Shown here one piece after another: positions 53,346 to 64,000 of a DNA stretch of 64,000 nucleotides; the first letter of the stretch is position 1; every line of letters begins with the position of its first letter. Both the position numbers and the translations under genes were made by a program. The stretch is from Octopus sinensis (taxonomy: Eukaryota). Where the stretch lies: assembly GCF_006345805.1 (NCBI RefSeq), contig NC_042999.1:71114001-71178000 (forward strand), written 5' to 3'. Under the pieces are notes generated by a model. That model was not told where the DNA came from. It saw only the letters and a list, made by a program, of their open reading frames with translations, and searched no databases.

Positions 53346-53625
53346 CGTATGTATGTATGTATGTATGTATGTATGTATGTATGTATGTATGTATGTATGT
53401 ATGTATGTATGTATGTATGTATGTATGCATGCATGCATGCATGCATGCATGTATGTATGTATGTATGTATGTATGTATGTATGTATGTATGTATGTATGT
53501 ATGTATGTATGTTTGTATGTATGTATGTATGTATGTATGTATGTATGTATGTGTGTATGTATGTATGTATGTATGTATGTATGTATGTATGTATGTATGT
53601 ATGTATGTATGTATGTATGTATGTA
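53346..53625. repeat. (TATG)n array with a (CATG)n core
   Basis: Directly visible. Confidence 0.98.
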
Positions 53626-54357
53626 TAACATATAGTGATAGACACACTATACCGGAATGGTTAAGAAATTCACTTCGCAATCACGAGGGCCCTGTTCTGA
53701 TTTCTTTAAATGAAGGGTCGTTCTTTATGTTAATTGTCTTGTTTTCCATTTGTTTCTTTCGTTGTTTGCATACAAAAGTTTGTCTTCGTATTTCATGTTT
53801 TCGTATTTTCTATTTCATGTTGTTTACGTTTTATGACGTCCTATACCCATATATGCATGTATACATACATATATATGTAAGTATGTACATATATGTATGT
53901 ATATATGCATATATATACATATATTATTTATATTATATGATTGAACACCACGCATCCATTCCCAAGTAAGTTTATCTTATATATATTGATATGTAATGAT
54001 AAGATCCAAGGATTTAGGTGTAAGACGTTAATAAGTTTCGAGCAATCTGTGATAAGTTATAAAAACAATTTTCAGGAACAATAATTGGTTTAATGACGGA
54101 GAAGCCTTTTCCCATATTAAAGTTCAGTAAACTCAGAAAAGTTTTTTTTTCTTTTTATAGTTCACGGTATGCAGCTAGGGTTGCTATGAATGCGACTAAA
54201 ATTCCAAATTCAGGGAATGGAGCAGGTAAAATCCAGGCTACGTATGTCTCTTAGCTAGCAGATACTCGGAAGTAATAATTACTGAACAAAGGCAACTTGG
54301 TTATATTAAGGTTACATTGTCGTTAGGGAATCCCAAGTTAATTCACACATACACATA

Positions 54358-54620
54358 TATCTTTTATCTTTTACTTGTTTTGCTTATTAGAATACAGCCA
54401 TGCTGGGGCACCGCCTTGAAGAATTTTTAGTCGAATGAAACGACATCAGTATTTAATTTTTAAAGCCTGGTACTTATTCTATCGGCCTCTCTTACCGAAT
54501 CGGAGACGTAAACCACCCACACTAGTTGTCAAGTGGTGGTGGGTGACAAACACAGACACAAATACACATACCAGCGCGCGTAAACACATACCCATAAGCT
54601 AAGCTTCATTCAGTTTCCAT
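54358..54620 (-). mobile_element. SINE family C, diverged
   Basis: cagccatgctggggcaccgccttgaag...ctggtacttattctatcgg...ttcagtttcc. Confidence 0.82.
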
Positions 54621-54864
54621 CTGTACACTAATATATAGTTATACACATTTTAAGATGATAGTTGTGTAGAAATTCACACTCGACAACAGTCATTTTGAAT
54701 CATAATTATTTATGTGCATAAACACACGTCGAGGGATCGTCTAAGTAGACGCCAGATCTGGGAGAAATTGTAATCAAATCACTCTAACTTCATGCAACAG
54801 AATAGAGAACACGTTGGCTTATATGGTTCCGGATGCTCTTAAAAAACGAGTGGGTCACAGCCAG

Positions 54865-55240
54865 AATACGCTTTATTATAATTCTTTTGTACCAGGATTG
54901 GCTGAACCACAAAAGCAACAACATGTAGCTTAAAAATTGAAAGTCTATATAATTTGGTACTGAAAGCTATACTGATCACCGGACCGGACGGCACAGTATA
55001 GTACCAAGGATCCTGTCACCCCCATCCAAAGTAAGAACCCAATACTGTAACAGCTTAGTGTTCAAAGGCCCATAACTTTTGAATACGTTGCCAAAAGGCC
55101 TTAGAGATCTACGTGCTGCAGATACAGATGTGTTCGAAGAACGATTAGACCAATTTTTATCCAATATACCAGATGAACCCAGATCACTAAAAGAAATGCA
55201 AAGAATGGTAGCTCTGTTCACCTCACTATATTACCTGGTT
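54865..55240 (+). mobile_element. CR1-group LINE 3' end (post-RT), decayed
   Basis: RTGRHSIVPRI...VRTQYCNSLVFKGP*LLNTLPKGLRDL...DVFEERLDQFLSNIPDEP resembles the conserved C-terminus of CR1/L2-group ORF2. Confidence 0.75.
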
Positions 55241-55918
55241 CGATTCCGGAGATAATACTGGGAAGTGAGTCTAAAATAAACGAACATTAAAACTAATTCG
55301 GGTTCCCCAGCATGGTCACAACCTGTAGTTGGAACTGATAATATAACGATAATATTTATTTGAGAGATTAGCTCATTGGAAATAGCTAGCTGAAGGCTAT
55401 GTTATTTGTAGTCATTGTAAGGAAAGAAATAATACTCATACTGATAGAGAACAATATGCAAAATGTGTCTGTCACAAGCGGCTTGCTGCTTTGAACGTGT
55501 GCCATTGTTCAGATTCATTGTAAGTGAATATTGAAAAACTATGGTGATGAACTAAATAGTTACCGTTTTCTAGCAGCTAATGGTTAGTAGAGGTCATGGG
55601 TTGGGTTCAGTAGCGTCAGATGATGTTACAATCCAAGGAAAATGATTAATTCTGATCTGTCGTACGATTTTCTGACGGCCAAAATGTGATCAATCATATT
55701 GAAAAATAAATGCAAAGCTGATTGTGTCTGAAAATATTGCTCCGTGTATGTGATGATTTAAATAACTGTTTCTGAAATTCTAATTAATTCAGAAGAAAAA
55801 GAAAAAAAACGTGGTGTTATTTTCACCTGAAAAATTGTGGTAGGAATTTTATAATATTTTACACATGCGCAAGCATTATTACACATATGCGCGCGCACAC
55901 ACACACACGTGCGTAAAT

Positions 55919-56007
55919 GAAGTACCAGCAATGCTAGAAATAAGAGTCGATAAATACTCAAATACTTGAGTTTTTTCGACTCTTATTTCTAGAAACGCTG
56001 GCACTTC
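55919..56007. other. Long hairpin with a 17-bp perfect core
   Basis: 55934-55950 is the exact reverse complement of 55976-55992, plus actcaa/ttgagt, ccagc/gctgg and gaagt/acttc pairs. 4-nt loop. Confidence 0.88.
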
Positions 56008-56106
56008 GTGTACCCTCAATTATAATTAATAATCAATTATAAATTTATAAATTTGCATTTTTGGTTTTAATCCTTGCTGGTTGCTTATATTATTATTGTT
56101 ATATTT

Positions 56107-56157
<51 letters not shown>

Positions 56158-56177
56158 TCTTTATATATCTATATCTA

Positions 56178-56251
<74 letters not shown>

Positions 56252-56357
56252 GAAATTCGGGGTGAGTACTTGATAATTATAAGCACCTGTGTATACCGTT
56301 TGTGGTGTAGGTAGTGGAGTAAATTGATCAAAATAAAAACATGATGCCAAGGATTCA

Positions 56358-56435
56358 GCGGTACATATGTTTCGGGCCTTTATTAGACAGATTTATAACA
56401 ATGCATAATGTATGTCTGTGGCCTTCTTCAGCCGC
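56358..56435 (-). ncRNA. Type I hammerhead ribozyme motif, core intact
   Basis: gcgg-CTGAAGA(56431-56425)-a ggcc...ggcc c-GAAA(56373-56370)-CATATG-TA-ccgc. 4-bp helix I, palindromic helix III, GUA triplet. Confidence 0.8.
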
Positions 56436-58453
56436 GCACAACAGCTTCCACAAGGACATGTGTTACATCAAAAATTCTTGGTTGGGGATGCAAATCCTCT
56501 CATTCGCGTACGACATAATGCGGCAACAGCATAGAATTGAAGCGTCCATCTCTTTCTTCTCTCAATGTAGAATGAGGAAATTTGGATGTTGAAGAAATGT
56601 AAATAAATTAATAAATAAATACATATATAGACGTGAAGGAACCTGGTAATAAGAGTAAATAGGGGTAAAAATGGAGGGGCGAGAATTCAGGACGAAGGAT
56701 AAAAAATATATAAAAAGTGTAAGTATAGAAAAATATAAAAATGTAGAGTATAAAGATATAAAGAGATATAAGGAGATATAAAGGGGATATAAAGAATATA
56801 AAAAAATATAAATGAATATAAAGGCATAAGGTTATAAAGTAAAAATAGAAATAGAAATAAAAGTAAAAAAAAAAGAAATAAAAGTAAAAAAATAAAAATA
56901 GGAATAAAAATGATAAAAATGTAAAAAAATATAAAGATAAGGGATGTATAGAGGTTACGGACCAAACATGGTGGTCAGGAAAATGACAAAATTTAGTTGT
57001 AGAAGCTTTGGGTGTCAATAAATCAACAGGGGCGTCTGGGGACCTAGTGTATTGTAAATCAGAGCTGTTGAGCAGTTAATCTAGTTCCTTGAATTAAGTG
57101 GTCATCTTGTACATACATACCAGCATGGATACATACACCCATATACACGCGCACATATACGCGCGCATACACAGCTCCAAGCATATAAGCATACATACGT
57201 ACTCACGTGTAAACATGTACATAAACACACATACACCCACACACATGCGCATATATACATACATACAACAAAGTATGCGCATATATACACGGACATTATA
57301 CGTGTACATATATATATAAATACATATATACACACACACGCACATACACATATACATATACACATACACACATGCATACATATATGCACATGTATACCTA
57401 TACATACATACGCATATACACACACCCATATATACATACGTACGTCCATCCTTACATACACATACCCAGATGCCTACACATCCAGGTTTAGATATAAGAT
57501 ATTAAAGGATGTATATAAGAACGCATGTAAAGAATCACGCACTCACGTCTACACGTGCACGCACACACGGCTGTGTGTCCATATGTGCGTGTACATATAC
57601 ACTTACATACACACACACAGACATACGCGCGTATAGGTATAGCTATAAGATATTAAAAGATGTATACAAATATGTGTAAACATATGCATATAGGAAATCT
57701 GCGAAAACATGTAAAAAAAATGTAAAGAAATACGTAAGAAATTTAAAAAAATTATTAAAGAAAATTATTAGAGATGAGTAACGGGGTATGCACATCCAGA
57801 CGTAGATGTTTACTCGTACATATGTACACATATGTATACGTATACATACGTACACGGACGCACGTATAATCATAAAGCGGATCCATAGATAAGTAAATAA
57901 GGGATAAGCAAAAAAGTAGACATATATAGAGATATAAAGCGATAAGTTAGGGGTAAGAATAAGGGTAAGAATAAAAATTAGAAATAAAAGTAAGAAATCC
58001 AATATAAAATAAGAAATACAATATAAAAGTTAGAAATAAAATATAAAAATTATAAGAACTATCAGAATTAAAAAAAGGAATGCAAATAAAAATAAGAATA
58101 AAGGTAAAGCGAAATAGAGTAGGATAAAGTAAAATTAAAATATAATCTGGTAAAGCTTAACATGAGATGAAGGAAAAGATAAAAGGTGGTTGAAAGTGTA
58201 AAGTTAAAGGTGTGTGGTAAAGGTGCCCACGTAGGGGCGGGCGGGGGGAACTGAAAATTGGAAGGGTGGGAAGTGGAGTTTGGCGGTGTGCGTTCAACAT
58301 CCGAGTTAGAAATGTGAAAAGGTATAGATATAGGAAAATAAAGAGACTAGATAGGAAGAATATAGGTGTAGGAGAAGAAATATGTAGGGAAAAAAAACAT
58401 ATATGGGAGACAAAATGTGTTTATATAGGAGGAAAATGCAGGGAAATATATAT

Positions 58454-58508
<55 letters not shown>

Positions 58509-58531
58509 CATATACATACACATATATGTAT

Positions 58532-58593
<62 letters not shown>

Positions 58594-58690
58594 TACACAT
58601 ATACACGCACATATAGGAAAGCGGGATGCGCTGGAGCCGACAGGTTGCACCGGGTGGGAGGAAATTGCATGGGGGAGTTGGTATAATAGC

Positions 58691-60901
58691 CTAAGCTTTG
58701 TAGTATTTGAAAGTATTAATAAGTTTGTGTATACAGGATGGTTTGAACTCTGACCTTTTGTTAATAAGATTGTGTTTGTCTTTGAATTTCAAGATGTTCA
58801 GGAGTTCCACACAACATAGTTGGCATCCTGCTCTATTATTTAAATAGGGTGCAGCTGATCCGATGATGGACCACCTGAGTTTGAAGCCTATGCATTTGTC
58901 TTTTAATTCCCAAATTTTTTTAGAAAGGGAGGTGCTGTTAGCTTTATGTCTGTGTTTCAGCGAGGACCGGTGGTTGTAGTATCTGGATTTCCAGGAGATT
59001 GAGCAACCTATGTAGATGAGTGTGTTAAACTGGGTACTCACCTCACATGAATATATTACGTTTTTCGCCCTACATGCGCCCTGTAGCGGACACTCGGATG
59101 CACATATGCAGTTGCAGTGCATTGCATTACTCGGTCGTGTGCTGTTAATCCCAGGCGGAGGTGTTGCATTACGTGTGGGGGCGTTGATATCATCCTGGTT
59201 GTTGATGGGTGTGGTATTGCCTCTGTTGTGTTGGCGGGTGTTATTACTAACTGCTTGGGTAATATGGCTGCCAGTCTGATTATATTGTCTACTATCTGGA
59301 TGAGGGGGGTTCTGTTGGTCGCTATAGCTTGCTCTTGATCTAGCTGTTCTAATATTAATATAGTTATGTTTAGCTATGAGGCAGCTCATGTTGGGCAGGG
59401 TAGAGTAGGAAATCCTAATGGTTTTGTTGGAGAAGATACTTCTATACTTATGGGTGGGTGGGAAGTTGTTGGAAATGATAGAGAATATTCTCTTACATAA
59501 TTTACCCCTAACTACTAAGTTGTATGGTATGTTGAACCATATATATTTGCGTAATCTACTATTATCCCTTCTATTTCTCCTAATAGGATCTATATTGCTC
59601 TCGTCGGGAGGGTTACTATTGTGTGCTATTCTATTAGTTCGCCTATTTCCGATACGTTGTTTAGAATTTAAATTAGAATTATCGTTAGCATGAGTTGAGT
59701 GCGGAGTTCGATTATAATTGGGAGTTTTACGGCCGACGGACGTTCCTGGGTGGTCTACATATGATATTCTCTGGTTATACCCAGCACTATAGAGAGCCTG
59801 GTTGTAGTGTTGTGCGTGATTATTGAAAATTTCTCTATTAGAGGATAGTTTTGTAAGTCTGTCTGAGATGGCTTGGACCGTGGTGCTAATTATACAGGGT
59901 GGATGGTTGGAAGAGGTGTGGATGTATTTGGTAGTTTCTTCGGGTTTCCTATACGGGTGGTGAAGGTGCTTATTCAAGTCTAACGTAACATCTAAGAAGT
60001 TTACTATTTTAATATTGGTCATAAATTCTAGTTTAAGATTGAAGGATTTGAAAAAAAGCCTGATCTTTTTCCTAATTCTTTCTAGTTTCCTATTGTTGGT
60101 GGGGTATATGAAGAGAGCGTCATCTCTGTATAGACCCCCCTGAAGATCCGGTACCTCGGAGAAAAGCTTCTTGAGCAGGTAGGCCCCGACCAAGTCAGTC
60201 ACCTGAGCTGAATCGCTCGAGCCCATAGCCACATCAAAATTTTCGGGGGTATCGGATCTGGTCCAAAGTCTACCGTCGAATTCTATTATAGTTTTTCTAG
60301 CTAATAGTATTATGTCAATTTTTTCTCTGTCAATGAGCGAAAGGCTGCGGGCATATATAAGGGATTTGTTAAGTAAGATGGGGGATATACTGGCGTAGTA
60401 GTTAGCTATGTCGAACTGGATGAATGAGTAGTTGGGTCTGTTGGTGATTGTGTTAAACCATTCTAGCACATCGTCGGTGTTAATCCATAGTTGGAGTGGG
60501 ATGTGGGGTTTGATGCGTGGGATCACCTTGTCCAGGGTAGTCTTACTAAGTCTGCCGATATCCGATTTAGTCGGACAGATTAATCGTACTCCTACGTTAT
60601 CCGGGAAGTCTTTCTTATAGTCCTTAATAGTAATTTTGGGTACCTGTGGTTTGATCGGCTCCGTTCTGTCCAGGAGGTCTAATTTGCTCATAACTTCCTT
60701 GATTTTGTAGTTAATTTCCTTAAGGTTATCCGTAGAAGTAGTTTTATATTTTTTGCTAAGTTCCCTCATGATGAGCGATTTGTAGGTTTGGTAGTCCAAC
60801 CTATACCAGTTCCCAGTCTTGTCGGCGGGTATGATAAGACTATCATCGTTAAGACGTCTATGTAAATAGAGGAATTTATCTGTAAATGTAATATGTGACA
60901 A
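58691..60901 (-). CDS. Penelope-like retroelement ORF, RT + C-terminal GIY-YIG endonuclease (Naiad-like), uninterrupted for 736 codons, 5'-truncated
   Basis: IIPADKTGNWY, FIQFDIANYYASI, VAMGSSDSAQVTDLVG, GLYRDDALF, YRKP...YIHTSSNHPP, IWFNIPY, CNC-x5-CPLQGAC, VIY...YIG...KSRYYNH, CQLCCVE and LINKRSE. The track start is TTG directly after a stop; the first in-frame ATG is at 60769. Confidence 0.95.
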   Translation of the reverse strand: MSHITFTDKFLYLHRRLNDDSLIIPADKTGNWYRLDYQTYKSLIMRELSKKYKTTSTDNLKEINYKIKEVMSKLDLLDRTEPIKPQVPKITIKDYKKDFPDNVGVRLICPTKSDIGRLSKTTLDKVIPRIKPHIPLQLWINTDDVLEWFNTITNRPNYSFIQFDIANYYASISPILLNKSLIYARSLSLIDREKIDIILLARKTIIEFDGRLWTRSDTPENFDVAMGSSDSAQVTDLVGAYLLKKLFSEVPDLQGGLYRDDALFIYPTNNRKLERIRKKIRLFFKSFNLKLEFMTNIKIVNFLDVTLDLNKHLHHPYRKPEETTKYIHTSSNHPPCIISTTVQAISDRLTKLSSNREIFNNHAQHYNQALYSAGYNQRISYVDHPGTSVGRKTPNYNRTPHSTHANDNSNLNSKQRIGNRRTNRIAHNSNPPDESNIDPIRRNRRDNSRLRKYIWFNIPYNLVVRGKLCKRIFSIISNNFPPTHKYRSIFSNKTIRISYSTLPNMSCLIAKHNYINIRTARSRASYSDQQNPPHPDSRQYNQTGSHITQAVSNNTRQHNRGNTTPINNQDDINAPTRNATPPPGINSTRPSNAMHCNCICASECPLQGACRAKNVIYSCEVSTQFNTLIYIGCSISWKSRYYNHRSSLKHRHKANSTSLSKKIWELKDKCIGFKLRWSIIGSAAPYLNNRAGCQLCCVELLNILKFKDKHNLINKRSEFKPSCIHKLINTFKYYKA

Positions 60902-60963
60902 TTATTCGGTTACCATAATAATTGTCACATATTATATTCCAAATAAATTCCTCTATTTACATA
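60859..60963. other. Long hairpin at the 5' junction of the Penelope-like ORF
   Basis: 60860-60879 pairs perfectly with 60943-60962 (20 bp) and 60889-60906 with 60917-60934 (18 bp). 10-nt loop. Confidence 0.92.
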
Positions 60964-61028
60964 ATATCAGGTCTCTTACATACTTTTGTTGTCTTACCAT
61001 TACTATATATATATATATTTATACATAC

Positions 61029-61475
<447 letters not shown>

Positions 61476-61518
61476 TATATATATATATATATACACACAC
61501 ATATATATATATATATAT

Positions 61519-61550
<32 letters not shown>

Positions 61551-61584
61551 ATATATATATACATATATAAGAAAATGAGGGGTT

Positions 61585-62330
61585 TAGCTCACTGGTGATC
61601 TGAGCGAATAATTTACGCTGAGTAAGTGCTATAATTGGTCATACGTTAGGTTTCCAGTTCAAAACTGAGGCTGGAGCTAGGGATCCGTATTAGGCCTCCG
61701 TGTTAACAAGTATATATTAGAAGAAAAGGACAACTAAAACCAAGGCAGAACGAGTATCTCAAGTCATTCATAATAAGTTGTGGTAAGGTGAATTTTAAGT
61801 CCTACAGCTGTTTCTGGGATGAATCAAATGATAGGCTATCGTGTTCATACTTTGGGTATTCCGTCATCAGAGACAGGTTGAGTATGTATGAAAGTTCCAG
61901 ACAGGGCAATTCGAAGTATATAAGGAATAAAATACAAGTATAAAGAGTAAAAGTAAAATAGAGACAGGAGAATAAATTTGACAGTTCATCTTTTTCCAGA
62001 GAGTATGGTGGTTGGGCTATATTTCTGTGAAGGTATAGGCCCTTAGGTAGAATCCTAGGTAAATCCAAGCAGTATTTTGGCAGTATTTTGTATGACGCTT
62101 TCATGTTGAAGTAATGTATTAAGTGTAAAATGGTCCACGTGGGCATATAGAGTGAGAAGGTCAGACATCAAGATAGACAGAAGTGGGTTGTGAGTAGACA
62201 GAAAGAGAGAGAAAAGACAGGAATGGGATAGGTGTGGGAAATAATGAAGGAGAGCGAAAGTAAAGTAAAAACAAATATCAAAAATAAAAGAAATAAAACA
62301 TAAAAGAATAAAGATAGAAATAACAACTGT
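61585..62330 (-). mobile_element. Penelope-like pLTR-derived non-coding repeat
   Basis: Shares two blocks with 5825-6110, contains a hammerhead motif and has a pyrimidine-rich upstream part on the minus strand. Confidence 0.65.
61799..61874 (-). ncRNA. Type I hammerhead ribozyme motif, core intact, helix II weakened
   Basis: gtct-CTGATGA(61870-61864)-cgg...ccca-GAAA-CAGCTG-TA-ggac. Confidence 0.72.
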
Positions 62331-62339
62331 TTCAGTTCC

Positions 62340-63200
62340 TCCATCACCACTTTCAGGCCCAATATTATACTTCCTTTTCAGTGCCCTGTATTTTCGTTCG
62401 CTTTTAAGCTCCCTTTTCTCCTTTCGGTCTAACACAGATTTCCTTCGAGAGCTATCTAACTCTGGCTGTATTCTTCTTTTCCACCATGGATATTTTCTTT
62501 TGTCACTCCCATTATGTTTCTTTTCCTTGACATCAACACCCACGTTTTCTGATACAACAATACTTGCTGCCTTGAGCAAGTTATTTGTTTCTCTGATGTT
62601 GTTTGTTCTGATGTATTTCAGAATTTCGATGACATTTTTCGTTTCGTGGTTCAATTTCCATCGATCAACCTCTTTAAGGTTGCAAATAATGTCACTATAG
62701 TTCTCCTGTAGTCTTGCCTTTATTCTGTCGTAGATTGCCTTTTGTTCATCTGTCATGTCGCCATTAGTTTCATTCTCTTCTTTTAGATCATCTATATGTT
62801 TCTCATCAAGTAAATTACCACAGCTCATTTCCTGTAAGAACTGTATTTTCATTGATATCTTTGCTGCTATATTCCATGAGTCGTCTTTTGATAGCTTCGA
62901 GCTCTACTTCTGTTAACCAACGAATTTTTCCTATTGCTCTAGCTTGATCACATAGTCTCTGTTTCGTGAGTTGAAACAATCCCTTTTCTCTCCAATGATC
63001 ATACATACGTTGTCGGTAACCCCTAATTTGAGCACTATTTTCATCTACCGGGTTGCTCAGGTAGTAACACTCCATGACCACAGCATTAATTAGCTTCATG
63101 TACGCCGTGTGTGGTGGTTCCTTTCTATATTTCATCAGGCTGTATCCGGCCCAGAATCTCTAAACCTGCCGGGTGGAACATTGTCACCATGATTGGCTTC
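62340..63200 (-). mobile_element. R4/Dong-type LINE N-terminal fragment (no RT)
   Basis: NAVVMECYYLSNP...GYRQRMYDHWREKG...KQRLCDQARAI...WLTEVELEAIKR, LKEVDRWKL...IRTNNIRETNNLLKAASIVV and PWWKRRI are typical N-terminal motifs of these elements. Confidence 0.85.
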
Positions 63201-64000
63201 AGTTTCATTACCACCGTTATTCATTGTTTATTCATTGTCACTCATATGAGATAGCGATTATCAGGTTGTGTAATTACTAGTGTTTTTATTGTGACACCAT
63301 CACTAATCATTAATCAGTCCGTGGGGAGGCTCCACCCTTTTCCTTCCATTATTATTATTATTATCATCACATATATCACTGATATTATTGTTTTCATGTG
63401 TAGTAGCAGCATTGGTTGCAGCAACAGTAGCAGTGATGGGGGTAGTGGTAAGTGTGGTAGTTGGGCCTCAGACTCCTGCGCTGTCATAATAGCAGTATTT
63501 GTAGTATTAGCAGCTGAAGCACATTATTATTTTTAATTCTATCATTATCACCATCACCACCACTACCATTGTTATTACCATTATTACTATTTCCAATTAT
63601 TATTAACAGATTTTACTGAATGTTCTTTATTTTCAACATTTATTTTGTATTTGAGATAATCATAAATATGTGGTTGTTGAAGGAAATAGTTGGGTTGCAG
63701 CTTGGTGAATATATCATATATTCAGGTCTATAAACAAATTCGGCAGATGGTGGGGAGGTCTGGCATAGAGACAAAATAATCTTCGCACCCTTTTGGTCAG
63801 CAGAGGTCAAGTGTGTTTACTACTACCAGTGACCACTGAGAGCGCTGCCTTGGAAAGAAGCAATTCAACCGGTTCTATTTGTAATTACTGGTAGAGAAAA
63901 CAATATATATATATATATATATATATACATACACACACACACACAAATATATATATATACACTGCTATTCACGTCGTTTAATTTATTGAATTTCTGAATT

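Noticed and set aside
58691-60901. Selenoprotein-type Naiad (in-frame UGA at conserved Cys)
   Set aside because: Some Naiads are reported to encode selenocysteine, but this ORF has no internal TGA and all finger cysteines are Cys codons.

Overview
AT-rich eukaryotic (animal) genomic DNA saturated with microsatellites ((TA)n, (CA)n, (TATC)n, (TATG)n, (ATT)n) and transposable elements. The SINE families and microsatellite load look most like an octopus/cephalopod genome (inference, not checked against a database). No host protein-coding exon, rRNA, true tRNA gene or CRISPR array could be supported. The only long real ORF is a 736-codon Penelope-like retroelement (RT + GIY-YIG, Naiad-like) at 58691-60901 (-). 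Other TE remains: four R4/Dong-type (RT-RLE) LINE fragments, two Neptune-type GIY-YIG fragments, a Helitron Pif1 fragment and several non-autonomous Helitron termini, a zinc-knuckle LINE ORF1, a CR1-group LINE 3' end, a mariner, a Tc1, a MITE and three tRNA-derived SINE families. The main unexplained signal is about 14 minimal type I hammerhead-ribozyme-like motifs from several unrelated repeat families, five with all core nucleotides intact. Most have a self-complementary helix III, and the palindrome differs between families. Several sit at the outer ends of non-coding foldback elements (33996-34652, 33153-33789, 47551-48626, 29554-30395), giving strand-symmetric hairpin elements with an outward-facing ribozyme on each strand. 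All structures were read by eye; element boundaries are approximate.
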